Source: Chrysomallon squamiferum (lineage: Eukaryota > Animalia > Mollusca). From it: 64,000 nucleotides of DNA. The stretch lies in assembly GCA_012295275.1 (NCBI GenBank), contig CM022670.1, positions 6,944,001 to 7,008,000 of the forward strand, given 5' to 3'. The number at the start of each line of letters is the position of its first letter. Position 1 is the first letter of the stretch. A program made the position numbers and the translations under genes. Below are positions 36,855 through 54,927 of this stretch, one piece after another. The notes below the pieces were generated by a model. That model searched no databases. It was not told the origin of the DNA and saw only the letters and a list, made by a program, of their open reading frames with translations.

Positions 36855-37915
36855 AATGAAAACAATTATCTTTTCGGCCATACATCAAAAAGACCAGGGA
36901 TGCCAGGCACCGAAGTGTTTTAACAATGTGTTTTAAATCACAGGCGTCCAGCAGGTTATCATTAGATGTGTGCAGTAACAAGGCAAGTCAATATCCGTCT
37001 TACACAAACAGGAAAACTTGCAAGTGTTTGAAGTTTTCACATTTCTAACGTGCTGCGGTCAAATCAATGAGCGTGAATACGAAAATATCGGATACACGGT
37101 ATAAGATAGAGATAGTGTGTGCTTTGTCGACAGACTGAGAAAGAGACAGACAGACTGACTGACAGTCGGAGAGATAAAGACAAATAAACAGATAGAAAGA
37201 GAGAAAAAAAAGACTTTTCGACAGAATGGTGTGTTTACGTGTAGGATATTCAATCAAATCAAAAATTAGGGATGTTTTAGTTTCCTTGTCGGTATTTTCA
37301 AACACACACACACACACACAACAAAAAACAAAATCAGCTAAGATTAGAGTTGTTTCTTTTTTCTTTTTTTCTTCGAGATACTAGTATATCCGTCTACGTT
37401 TTTATGACTGTGTGTATATTCCTTTTTGTTTCGGATTATACGACAGTTGTAAGTGGATATAAAACAACTTAGGTTTAAAATAACCTTTACTTCCTCATCG
37501 TTCCTTGTAGCCACACGTGTTTACAACACTTGTCGGCAGATCCGAGGAATGTGTGTTTAGCAGCATCGCAGTAAACTGTTAAACACCTGTTTAGTTATTT
37601 GTCACTGTGACAAGTCCTCCAGAATGACCTCAGAGCTTATTTTAGAACGGGAAAAACTCTCCGACCTGTCCTTAAACCGGCTCTAAAAGCAGAAGGGAGA
37701 CGTGTTAGACCGGGAATAAATTCTCTGCCTCATCTCATTGTTTATTTTTTAGATACTAAATATAGCCCTGTTATCAGGTGGACTCCTAATTAGTATTAGA
37801 GTTTATTCACTTTCCGCCGACAGGATTTGAACCATGATTATCACATTATTTCTAAATAAACCAACATGGAAATTTCAATATTCTCAACATCTTTGAAAAG
37901 AGAAAATAAGTTACA

Positions 37916-37949
<34 letters not shown>

Positions 37950-39167
37950 CTTAGCATGAGAAAAATAGTCATTTTAGGCTGCAATGAAATGATTCGAAAC
38001 AGAAACACACGAACTAATAGTCTAGACCTAAGCATAATTATCTAATCTTTGTACAATCCATCCAATAGCTGGCTTCAATCCAAAAACCATCAGGGTATAA
38101 TATACAAGTGCTCAGTCAACTGTTCTGACAATGAAAGAAAACGATTTCCACGGTCTAGTATATACTGATGTTTCAGCATTAAAATGCAAATAAAAACAAA
38201 TAAGGGAACAATGGAAATGTTATCTTTTGTCAAATAAAAAATAATGTTGCCATATTTTTTAACAGAAAACGTTAAATGTTCCTTTGAACCACACCTTAAG
38301 GTCGGCAGTTATCAGAGGAGAAATGGGAAATGTCAAGATTAAGTGTCACAAACACAAGTAAGATATTAGTGAAAAATGTCGTCAAAGGTCGAAACGTTTA
38401 ATCCTTGAGAGATATTTGTATCACAGTATTTGCTGAATTTTAAAACTTTCAAGCAAAATAGTGTGTATAGGCAGGCCTGTATGTATATACAGATATACAT
38501 ACATATAAATGCAGCAGTGTATAAATCTATGTAAAATTATTAATTTGTTTAAATGAAATGCACATTGCTATAAACACCACTGATAATAAAGAAGTATTAT
38601 ACATATTTCCATTTCAAGGAGAATTTTAATCTACAGTAAATATTAAATAAACGTATCAATACAAATGTATTACACCAATTGAAAAACAGAATGTTTTATG
38701 TATGAGTGATTCTAAAATTCCGTACACCTTATGAATGTGAGAATATTGCGTAATTTACAGAATATTATCAATCATTTCTGTTCTGTATTGACTATCTGTC
38801 TGAGAATGTGCGTGTTTGAGAATTAGTTAGAAGACAGAGTACCGTAGTCTAATTACTCTCCATTAGTTTTGCGCATGAGTCGGAACTGGGAGGGGAACCC
38901 GCTGTCTGTCAGTAATAAATCCAAGGCTTAACCATTATCATCCAGCATAGGAACAAACAACACAGAAATAACTGTATCTTATACACTGACTGACTTGTTA
39001 ATAATAGTAATAATAATGATCCACACAAACGAAGATCAATCGTACCTCGACCGTGCAACGTTTTGTCTCTGCGGCTGATATTACACACAGCAGGTAAGAC
39101 GAGTGTCCTGACGTGGCCCACCCGGTCACTGACACAGTACGAGTACCTGGGTATACACCAACACGTG

Positions 39168-43336
<4,169 letters not shown>

Positions 43337-44198
43337 CTGACAGACAGACAGACATTCGAATTTGCGTACAGTGAAACTCGTGAACTGGTGGTTTGCTGAT
43401 AATTAAAATAGGAAACTTCTAGAAATGGTAATAGTACGTACACCAGGAGAGTTAGGCTGTTGTGTAATTTAACTTGATTGATGTGTGTGTGATTATAGGT
43501 AGATCCTCTTTATGAAAATCGCGGCTTATTTTAAGTTGTAAAATAACATTAAATAACTGCTTTGCTTTGTAATGATATTATTGTATCTGTCATGATGGTT
43601 CATTAGTTTTGTTCTGTTATTTAACCGAACACGTGGCGATTTGACAGATTGTAGAACCCTTGGTTTGACGTACAAATCGAAATTACCATTATTCTTGTTG
43701 TTGTTGTTGTTGTTACTCAACTGTTGTTGCTTGGTCCATTCAAATGTTTTAACTTTTCATTCGGAAATAATTTGTTTGGATTTGCAAATTCATTCTGCTA
43801 GAATTTCATTAACAAACAGATCCCTTTTTAAATGAAATTTCGTTCTGGTCTGTTTAACACAGCACAAACGGCCTCTCTGTCGGCTTGACAGTTTCCATTT
43901 CAGTGAGCGAGGGAGAGGAGAAAAAGAAAGAAAACGTCAGGACGTTGTGTAACAACGTTCTGTTTGTTCCGGTTTTTCCACCCGACCTACCTCATCATTC
44001 ACATCCCAAGTTTTACACATATCTACGAAAATCTTCTAGTAACGTTCTCGGTGACGTAACATTGGCTTCGGGCCAATCAATACGTGTCGAGAGTCGGTTT
44101 TATCAAGCTGACCCGAGGCCAGTCAACTGAAGAGAGATTTTAAACCATCTTATCCTTCGTAGCCAGGCATCTGAACGCGACGCAGAAGAAATCCTTAC

Positions 44199-44239
44199 CT
44201 ACTCGAGATTACGCCGTCGGACTTAAAACAGTATTTATA
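44199..44239 (-). promoter_or_regulatory. Candidate TATA promoter plus ~10-nt first exon upstream of the pseudogene-like copy
   Basis: Minus-strand CTATAAATA with TATAAA starting at 44239, and a strong AG|GTAAGG donor at 44199/44198, about 860 nt upstream of the acceptor at 43336. Confidence 0.35.
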
Positions 44240-45499
44240 GACCTTATTGAAAAGAGCTGGGAAGAAAAAAAACTAAACCCTCTCTTGTTTCTAAATAATA
44301 ATTTACATATCTCTCTCTGGAAAATACAAGCAGCACTCCCGACCACAAAGACATGCTTGAACTTTCAGTGAACACAAGAACGTTTCAAATGGTTCACTGA
44401 CAGCACCAGCTTTATAATTACATGGAAATATTAATAATGTAACACTTTTATATCCGCATTATACATAATAAAAAATAGCGCGTTATCTTAATGCGATAAG
44501 GTGAAGACATTTCTAACGCTATAAATACAATTTTCATAACCTGTTTAACTGTTTAATAACACACAAGCACAACGATAAAAGATCAGGAAGTTTCAAAGTG
44601 GGGGAGGGATTTATGGGAAACACCCTACGGGCGTGCGAGCTTAATCTAAACATCTGCTCGAGTTATTTTTATAACTGATCGGTGGAAATCGATTAATGTA
44701 TTTAAACTATCATTGATGATTCTGGGATATGAATACATCTAGGGTTTCTCTACTGTTACGATACACAAACAAGTATTAATAGTAATGTTTTGGGTAAATT
44801 AGTCAGCGTATTGTCTAAGTTAATTTAAACAAATGTTGACGTCATGTTTCTAATAGCATATGTTGTTCTGTTGAACCAAGAGATAAAAACAAAAAAAAAA
44901 AAAAAAAAAATACAAATAAAAGAGAAAAGGAGACAGACACGGAAAGGAGAAAAAAAGAAACCGAGAGATAAAGTTGCAACACACGGTCACAGTAGAATGG
45001 ATGTAAAAGGAGAAGAAAATGCAGCGTCTCTGCACGCAATATTTGCATTAGAACCAGTTGATGTAGAAGCCATTCCCCCGTTTTATATACGTGTTAAATA
45101 TTGTACTGGCTGACAAATATATCTAGCTCCGCGTGATTCATATTTCTGTATTGACAATCTATGTCCACTGATCCGGCAAATACTGTTTTATGATCTCACC
45201 ATCCGGATATTGCTAATTCCAGGTCGCAATGCTCGCCTAGTTGCCTGGGTGGATTATTACGTGGCCACGTAATCCATACGAGCGCTGTTTTAGAAAAACA
45301 CTTGTTATAAATCCTTGTTATAAATGTTAATCACGAAACATTTGGTGCTTGAGAAACTTGATATTTGTAATGTTACCTGACTAAGTGTGGCTACGTTATC
45401 AAATCGAGAACGACGTAAATAAAAAAACATTAATTATTTTATGAGATGATATTAATATATACACACGCCCATATGCACATAGAGAAAGAGGGAGGGAGG

Positions 45500-45611
<112 letters not shown>

Positions 45612-47269
45612 TTAATGATACGGAAACAAGCCTACAATTGACTACTTCAATCTTAATATTCTTTTGTTTTTAACTAAGCAAAGACTTTTTTTTTCACTAA
45701 ACATAGTTATGTGCATTAAACCAAACAGCTTTGAATAGAATGTATGCATTACTGATCAATATTAAGGAAGAGGAAACTGAGCAGTGACAAAGAGGTATAA
45801 ATACAAAAAGAATATTTTATGGTCAGACTCTACACGTTAGATTAGCTTGCTTTTATTAAATATTATTTTCCTTTGTATGTATTGATTTTACAAAGGCTTA
45901 TTATATTTTAAGAAATAATAATAATATTTATGTTAAGAATAAAATCAGTATTAATTTTTTATAATTCTGAACTGTGTTGTTCAGTGTACAAGTACATTGG
46001 TCTCCAACTTTTTTTCATCAAATGACTTTTATTCAACACAAATGTATGCAGTGTACATCTATTATGAGTATTATATTGTGTGTATGTGCGTAAGTGCATG
46101 TGTGGGTGTGGGAGAGTGTGTATTTGTGTGTAACTATGAGTGGGTGTGAATAATACAGTATTAGCGAGTTGTTTTGTGTGGTTTTTTTTCTACAATCTTG
46201 AAATTAAAAAATAATTTTGACATTTTAAAAACTAATAATTATAATAAAATATCCTTCAAACCATTCCAATAAACAGCTCAAGACATAATATGTCACTACC
46301 AGACAATGTAAAAACAAATTTTAAAAATAGGGAGAAAAAAAAGAGTAATATCATTTTTATTATTTAAACATGCTGTCAGTCAGTAAGACGAGATTTAAAT
46401 TTAATATTTTATTTTTAAAACTCGCCAATCAATACTTGATTTCCTTGTAGCAATTTTAATATCATTCCTTTCAAAAAAAAAAAAAAAAAAAAAAATTAAA
46501 ATGTTCTCACAATGAACGACATGCAATAAACATTTCTGAGAGAGCTATTGAATTTTTTTTTATCATGTTACAATACTGAATAATTTTTTGTTTTGATTAT
46601 TTTTCTAATCACTTGTTAGTCTATTATTATATTTTTATAATCTGTTATTAAGTATTTATTATATTTTGTTATTTCCTTTTCATCTTAAAAATCTTTTTCT
46701 TTGTTCTTGTTTCTCTTTTTCATTTTCTTTTTTTTTCTTTCTTTCTTTTCTTTTTTTTTTTTTTCTTCTAAATTTTTATTTTTTTATTTTTTATTTATTG
46801 CTCTTTAGTCAACATAAAAATATTCTCTGTTTACTATTCAAGTATTTCATTTATTCAAATACGTCGTGTGTTATTAATGTGACCATCCCGAGACATTAAT
46901 TTCTTCAAGTACGTGTCATAAAATAATACCCGGCTATGCAGGGTTATTCATTATCCTTCACCTCCTCGCGATATCATTTAAATTCTCTCTCTCTAAGCAA
47001 GTATAATCCGAACACAGAATGTATTAAACTAATGTACAAGTTTCGTTATATTAAATATACCAGACATTCATGAATTCCAAAAATTTTAAACTCGCGTCTT
47101 TAGAAAGCTATGGTGAGAATATGAATGACGTAATTAATAAGCCGCTGAATCATGCATATAGAGATAAGAATATTTATACCAAATATGGAACTGTCGAAAT
47201 ATGCATAATTATATAATGTAGTAGCTATATACAGATATGACAGAAGTTTGAAAGCCTGAGGGCGGGAAA

Positions 47270-47309
<40 letters not shown>

Positions 47310-47346
47310 ATTATTTTTAAAAATAATTTGTCACGAATTAATAATA

Positions 47347-47437
<91 letters not shown>

Positions 47438-49069
47438 TTTATTTACTTATTCATCTAAAATTTAATACTGCGTTAAGACTAAATGTTATTTCAGTTTTAC
47501 TCAATTTTCAGTTTTAAAATAAATACAGTTTAAAAAAAATCTGAATACAAAGCGTATTATTGCGATTACGTGTTTTACACACTATCTGTGCATTTTAAAT
47601 AAATCATGTAAGTTTAATCAAAATGCTTTTAAAATAACAAAAATCTGTATATTTTATATATCAATAAAAAATTATATTAATATCAGTTATTAGACAACAA
47701 AGACAGACAAATATATTTATATAAAATAGACAAATAAGTATGTGAATGTGATTACAGTTTTTATTTAGATATGACCATATGTATGTTTTATGTGTTTGTA
47801 ATACATATCACTACAATTAATATGTGTGTGTGTGCGTGTATATGTGCATGTGTGATTCCAAAAATATATATTATTTTATGTACTATAGTTATATTGCTTC
47901 ATCATGATCATGAATATGATAATGCATAAGCCATGTGATAATACACTACAACTCATAAACATAATTATATCGATTGTTAACCGCTTGAACTAAATAAAAC
48001 TAGCTATGAATATCCGGGTATATTGTAACGACGTCAAAGTATTTAACGGTTCAACACAGGCGGTAAGAAGCTACAACCTGGGATTTTTCGAGTACCGATT
48101 TCACAAATAATCTGAGAAGCAGAATTTTTGTCAATAAAATGTGTCGTGATTAGTAATTCAAGATAAAAAAAAACCAAAACACTTACGTGTCTGAAATGCC
48201 GGTTACCAGCGCACCACCTTTCTGCTTTACGAATTGTCGTCTGGTAAAAAATAATCCAGAGAAATCTGCGTGAAATACTGTGCAGTGCGACCGATAACGA
48301 CTCCTCTCTCCTTCTCTCTCTTTCTCTCAACCACAAACCGGGAACTGGGAAAATTGTCTTTCTAAGTGGGACAAAAGCCGCAGGTCAACCACTTTTCTAC
48401 GTCACGCTGGAATGCTAGAGAAAAGTTTGCCGGTCACAGAAGCAGACGATATTGTAGTTCGTTCGTGACCCGCGAGGGTCGCTTTTCTAAAGTCGTGTCG
48501 TCTGCTACCTGTAAAACTACAACAGGTAATGTTCTGTTTGTATGGATGTTTTACTTGACTACTCAGGGTTGAAGAGTGTTTTTAACTTTTACAACTGTGG
48601 GAATTTAATTCACTTTATTTGTCGGCTTTTTTTTTTTCCTGTTCGACGTAAGTAGGATTGGCAAACGAGGCATTACGAACATACTGTGTCAATAATGATT
48701 TGTTGGTGGTTTTGATTGTTGTTGGAATGTAATCGTGTTGTATATTACACTGAAAGGAGAAAATGACAGCAGTATGGATTATATAATAAATAAGGTTAAA
48801 CATTAAATATTTATTTTTCTGAATCTGATAAAAAAAAACCGATTAAATATACATAATCTGAAGAAGAATGCCGTCGAACATTATACACTTATGTGTATAG
48901 ATGCACATCTAGGCACACATATAAAGGCATATACACTCATGTACATACAGACATACATACCTGCCTACCTACGTACCAACCTATACACACACATAATACA
49001 AACAATATATAAATATATATATATATATATATGCATACATACGTACTAACATACATACATACATATCAA

Positions 49070-49273
49070 GCTTATCTCGAACGGTAAAATCGCCTGCCTT
49101 CGGAATGCGGGCGAAAAGGTGCCTTACGTTCGAGTCTCATCAGCGGCATCTGACGGGTTTGTAAGGTGGTGATTGGACTGTGTCCTCCTACGCCAGTGCG
49201 TTCCCAAATATTGTCTGTGTGCAGAGTCTATTCAAAAGTACATAAGACAGAAAATATTCAAAATCTTGAACAT
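49070..49273 (+). mobile_element. tRNA-derived SINE-like element
   Basis: A-box-like TTATCTCGAACGGT (~49073) and B-box GTTCGAGTCT (49128-49137) in a GC-rich ~200-bp island flanked by (TACA)n/(TA)n repeats. No intact cloverleaf acceptor stem seen. Confidence 0.5.
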
Positions 49274-49422
49274 ATATATATATATACGTACACGCGTACA
49301 TAAATGACTATAAATAAATCACTAGTGCAGTGTTTCTAAAAAAAATTATATTTTTAACGTGAAAATAAACATCAGCAAAATCCTTTTCCCATCTTTTCCG
49401 CTTTTTCTTTTTATTTTATTAT

Positions 49423-49462
<40 letters not shown>

Positions 49463-50037
49463 AAGTGACAGTTATTATTGCTAATCTCAAGGCAAAGCAA
49501 AACATAGGGTCATCGACCGTAAACATTAAAAGGATTATTTAAATATCTCGAGTAATTCCGAATTATCAGAAATGCACTTTCCATGCTTTCAGCGATTTTT
49601 TTTAATTTTTTTTTCTTTATCCCGTGTATCAACGAATCATCTGGCTGATGTCGCACATTGTCAGGATCTAATCTGCTCAGATTCTCAAAATGCCCTTGTC
49701 GCTAAGACCAGCCATTTTTAACTGTTTGTACGACATGACGTCCCAAACTCAGCGAAGCCGTGCCCGTAAAATTCTTTTCTTCATTTGGAATTCAAATTCG
49801 TTTTAGGAATTTTTAAATGCATTGAAAGCAAAGGGGGTATTACCTTTATTAACTATTAAATAAATAATGTAAATGAGAAGTGTTTTTGTAATGTGTTTTT
49901 TTATAGGGTTAATATTAACGCTAATCCAAAGTCTGATCTTGTGAGAAAAGTATGAAAATAATTTTACACAATGAGAAAAAGAAAATCCTGATATTATAAA
50001 ACATAAATCAGTAAATGTTGGTAATAAATGTCAACTG

Positions 50038-50085
<48 letters not shown>

Positions 50086-50221
50086 CTGGTATAGGTGCAA
50101 AAAAAAAAAAAAAAAGAGTATTAATAAAATAATTAAAATTTTAAAATTTGTAGTAACATAAATAAAGTAGATTCAGTTTAAGAAGTTCATTGAACTTATT
50201 AATTTTAAATTTTCTTATTTA

Positions 50222-50510
50222 GTGTTTCTAAAACATATTACATAGACATAAAATAACTGTGATTCAAACACATATTACATAGGCTTAAAATTACTGTGTT
50301 TCAAGAACATATTTCATATCCATTAAATATCCGTGTTTCAAACACATATTGCTTAGACATAAAATAACTGTGTTTCAAATGCATATTCCATAGACATTAA
50401 ACAACTGTGTTTCAAATACATATTCCATAGTTATTAAATAAATGTGTTTCAAATGCATATTCCACAGACATTAAATAACTGTGTTTCAAACACATATTGC
50501 ATAGACATCA
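50222..50510. repeat. Minisatellite, 37-bp unit AAATAACTGTGTTTCAAACACATATTCCATAGACATT, about 8 copies
   Basis: Directly visible tandem array. Confidence 0.9.
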
Positions 50511-51210
50511 ATTATTTGAAACGCAGGTTACAGAGACTGTATTATTTCAAACATGGTTCACGACGTTGCACATTCTACAAGTCATTTTTTATGTTTTGTG
50601 ATTTCTGCTACAAACCTGTTTAAAAAAAAACCTGAACACATTAATATTAAATGTTAATTAAGAGTCAAATAAGTTGATTTTAGTTTACAATTAACAGCAG
50701 GGCGGAAAGCAGCCATTATACGGGCTTCTTTCATCTATAGGTAAAAACAAACATTAATGTGCATCTTATCATAGCAAGAAAGCACATGCCACTGTTTTTT
50801 ATAATCTAGTCAATTTCAATGGCTGGAACGTGAAATAACTGGATAGGGGTACTGATAAGGAGTGATCCAGATATCCTGAAGTAATTTATCTGAGTAATAT
50901 CCCGTTCTAGCAAGTCCTCCGAAACAGGTTTGTACTAAAAGGCTTTTCACGTTAAATTCCCCATGTAAAGGAAAATTTAAGATCCTTAATTGGTAAGAGT
51001 AACCCAAAGCATCTCAGCAGATTTCCATTCTCATTAAACTGTTACTGTAAAATCATAATTTGTGTTAGATTCTCATAAAAGTGAATATATAAGCTGATAT
51101 GTGAAGGAAAAATGAAATTCGAAGTTTGTGGGATTTATTTTCGTTTTTCTTTTTAATTTAAGTTATTTTATTTTATTTTATTTTATTTTATTTTATTTTA
51201 TTTTTTAATT

Positions 51211-51285
<75 letters not shown>

Positions 51286-51549
51286 TTTTATTAGTATTTT
51301 GTTGTTGCAAATGATAACAATAATTCTGTTATTACTGAATGGTTTATTTTTTATCAATAATACGAATTAAAAACTGTTGCCATTTGTAATATTTTAATTC
51401 ATTAGATGGAGACAAGAATCAATATATTTCCTTAATTAAACATTTTGTCTGTGTGCTTGTTTGTGAACATTTAGGTTAGTGTGCACATTCTAAATTCAAA
51501 AACAGTAAGCTCTGTTGCAATAAATATTATTAAAATAAAATAAAAATAT

Positions 51550-51584
<35 letters not shown>

Positions 51585-52232
51585 TTACTATTATTATTAT
51601 TATTATTATCTATATATTATTTTATTATTATTATATTTTTATTTTTTTTTTTTTTTTTTGGTCTCTTTTAAAAAAAAAAATTATTATTTATTCAGTATAT
51701 ACTCCTTTTCTTTTTTCTTTTCTTTTTTTTTTTCATAGTTTTATGTTATATTTTATTTTATACTTACTCTCCACTTTGACACAAAATACAGTTGCAGAGC
51801 CAAAAGTGATGCTGAGTTCTCGTCACAACAAGAATCACATTAAGGTGAATTATCTTCCTTGTTTGTGTTTCCTGCGACAGTAAATTAACATTTTATCGTT
51901 ATTATCTTATCTTTTAGTAGCATCTGACTCTCCATCCCATCCTAAGTACAGTCATAAACTTCTGAAGAATTAAGACGTGTCTGAACCTTATTAATTTGCA
52001 TGCATTCGCAAAGATTTTTTCTTCTGACTTTTCAAAAGCGAACATTTTCCAAAATAAAACATAAAACGGGTCAACTATCTTTATAGTAATTAAATATTTA
52101 TATATCTTATTCAAAGTTTTTAATTTCTCAAAATAAATCTATCCATGGTCTCCATACAGCACAAATATTTTAAAAATAAAATAGTAAAATTCTTAACTAA
52201 CGTCAAACTCAAAATGATTTTATTTCAAACTG

Positions 52233-52772
52233 TCAAAAGCGAAATGCTTTCAGATGTTTGTTAACCACACTCGGTTTCTCGGCTTTCGATCGCTCCACCC
52301 TGTGTGTGCCCGTAACGACGACATGCTTGACGTCATGCCTGGACACTACGCCGTGGTCAGCATGGACGTCTACGTCTACGTTGGAAGGGGTTACAATCCC
52401 TGACTTTTTGTTGTCATCAGAGTCAGCCTGAGTTTCGAGATCAAACCACGAGACTCCATCAAAACTGTGTCTAACGCGCTGCTTGTTCTTCGTTTCTGCG
52501 TGTAGAGTCAGCGGTTGTCGTTCCTGGATTCTTTTCACACACGTACAGCGGTCACCTACTGGTCCGGTCACGCCCAGACCACATCGACCGCAGATATTTC
52601 CACCAGCCGATTTTGTCCAGTTAATTACTAGAAAGAAATAAAATAAAATAAAATAAAACATTAACAATAACAACAACAGCAGCACCAACAGCACCAATAA
52701 TAATATTAATAATAATATTATTATTACTATTATTGTTGTTTTTGTAGTAATAATAATAACAACAGCAACATC

Positions 52773-52821
<49 letters not shown>

Positions 52822-54079
52822 GTAGTAGTAGTAGTAGTAGTAATATTAATAATAATAAATGTTACTATTTTTGTCCATACAGAAATGAATGATACACTTT
52901 TAAATATTTTTTCTTACGTGTTTCTAAACCCTGTCGTTGTCTGTGCGTCTGTAGGTCTGTGGATCCCATGACAACCACTTTCTCTGTGACAGCACGAATG
53001 TCCTGTCTGTACCACAGACACCTATGACACTAGAATAGCAAATATATATATGAAAATCATATTATTTTATTCAGTTTTAAATTAATATTTTTATTATTAT
53101 TATAATCATCATCATCATCATCATCATTATTACCATTATCATTTATTACTGCTATTATTACTACTGCTATCATCATTATTGTCATCATCGTCGTCATTAT
53201 TATTATTATTAAGGTTTTTTTCGTTTATTTATTTAGATATTTTTTATTTGCATCTTTATTGTTTGTTTCTTTATTTAATTATTATTGTCATGTAATTGCT
53301 GTTGTTGTTGTTGTTGTTGTTATTGTTGTTAGTTCTAATAACGGAGTGTCCAAAAAATAATATTCATAAATAAATCTAATTCAAATACAAGTATAATAAT
53401 GGACATTTCGAAATTACATAACTCATTAAAATGTAATTACGATGGTGAGAATAAATATTTATTGCAAGATCTAGATTTCATTTTAGTTTAAAATAATATT
53501 TATTATATAAGTATCTACAAATTATATCTAAGAAGCTTAACTGAATACGTAAAAAGCTAACCCTGTAAAAACAGCCACCAAGCAAACAGCAACACAAGCA
53601 AGGGAGACAACCGAGGATGCTCTGCCAGTCCCAAAGATGATTGAATGGTTCCGCGTTGGTGACGCCGAACCTCCCGCCTAAACAGGCGAAGTCTTTCACG
53701 AGAACCTCCGAAGCCCAATTCACGACTGCGCGTCCGACATCGACCTGTAAAACAACACCATCATAAACTGTCCAGGGGCAATGATTGCTGCCCACACACG
53801 TTCCAAAACGTCGCCATTAAGTACCTGACATATCGCTATTGTTACAAAGGAGAAATCGAGTATACTTTCATTTATTTAATCAACCTTATAATAATGCTCT
53901 CCATGCAGATCGAAAGAGTTCAAACAAAATGGTTATTATTCAGTATAAAGTTGTGTCGATTAATCGAATTACTTATGCAGGAATTTAATGTTCTGAAAAC
54001 AACAGATTATTCTACATCGCAAAACAAACAACCCTTATTTTGTTTCATTTTTATTACATTCTTATGGTTTTCTGTATTT

Positions 54080-54159
<80 letters not shown>

Positions 54160-54876
54160 CTACTTAGGAAACAAACCTCAAAATAGAAGTTCTTGTTTCG
54201 TGTGATATCTTTTTTTGCACTTTGTAACTGCTCTACAAGCTTCTCCATGCAGCTAGCTTTGGGCTGAATACAAACTACCATGGGAACTATATGAGATAAA
54301 ACAGTTTTTGTATTATATGAAAATAACAACAGAAATGAAAGTCTTACTACCAGTAATTAGAATTATACCATATTCTTATGTGGCACTTCACTTTAACCAA
54401 ATACATACATACATATAGATGGATATATATATATATATATATAAAGACATAAAAGGAAAAGGAAAATAAAAAGAACCAAATTTATATTTTACATTAACTG
54501 GGAGCGAGTACTACATATTATTATACAATTTGTCTTTTCACTTTAGTTTTCAACTATTTCAGATTTAATTTAGTTGTATCCCAATACAGCCAGTTCTCCA
54601 GTTTCATATTCTGATTTTGTAAATGAATAGTACCATGAAATACTGACACTACTACACGATTTTATGATTTCTACATTTATAAAACTGACATATGTTTTTA
54701 ATGTAAAAAGTTCAAGGGTATTTTACTTTCTGTGTTTTCACCCAGTATTTTCCTGATGATCAGCGTCAAACAAAGGAATGTCGGATATCGAGACAAGCGT
54801 GATGTCAGCCTGTCCACGTCATCGGCGCTGTCTACTCGGGTTGTCCTAAAATACAGATCGAGTTTTACAACATACT

Positions 54877-54927
<51 letters not shown>

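Noticed and set aside
49070-49150. Functional tRNA gene
   Set aside because: A/B-box-like motifs are present, but there is no pairing acceptor stem or poly-T terminator; better explained as a SINE head.
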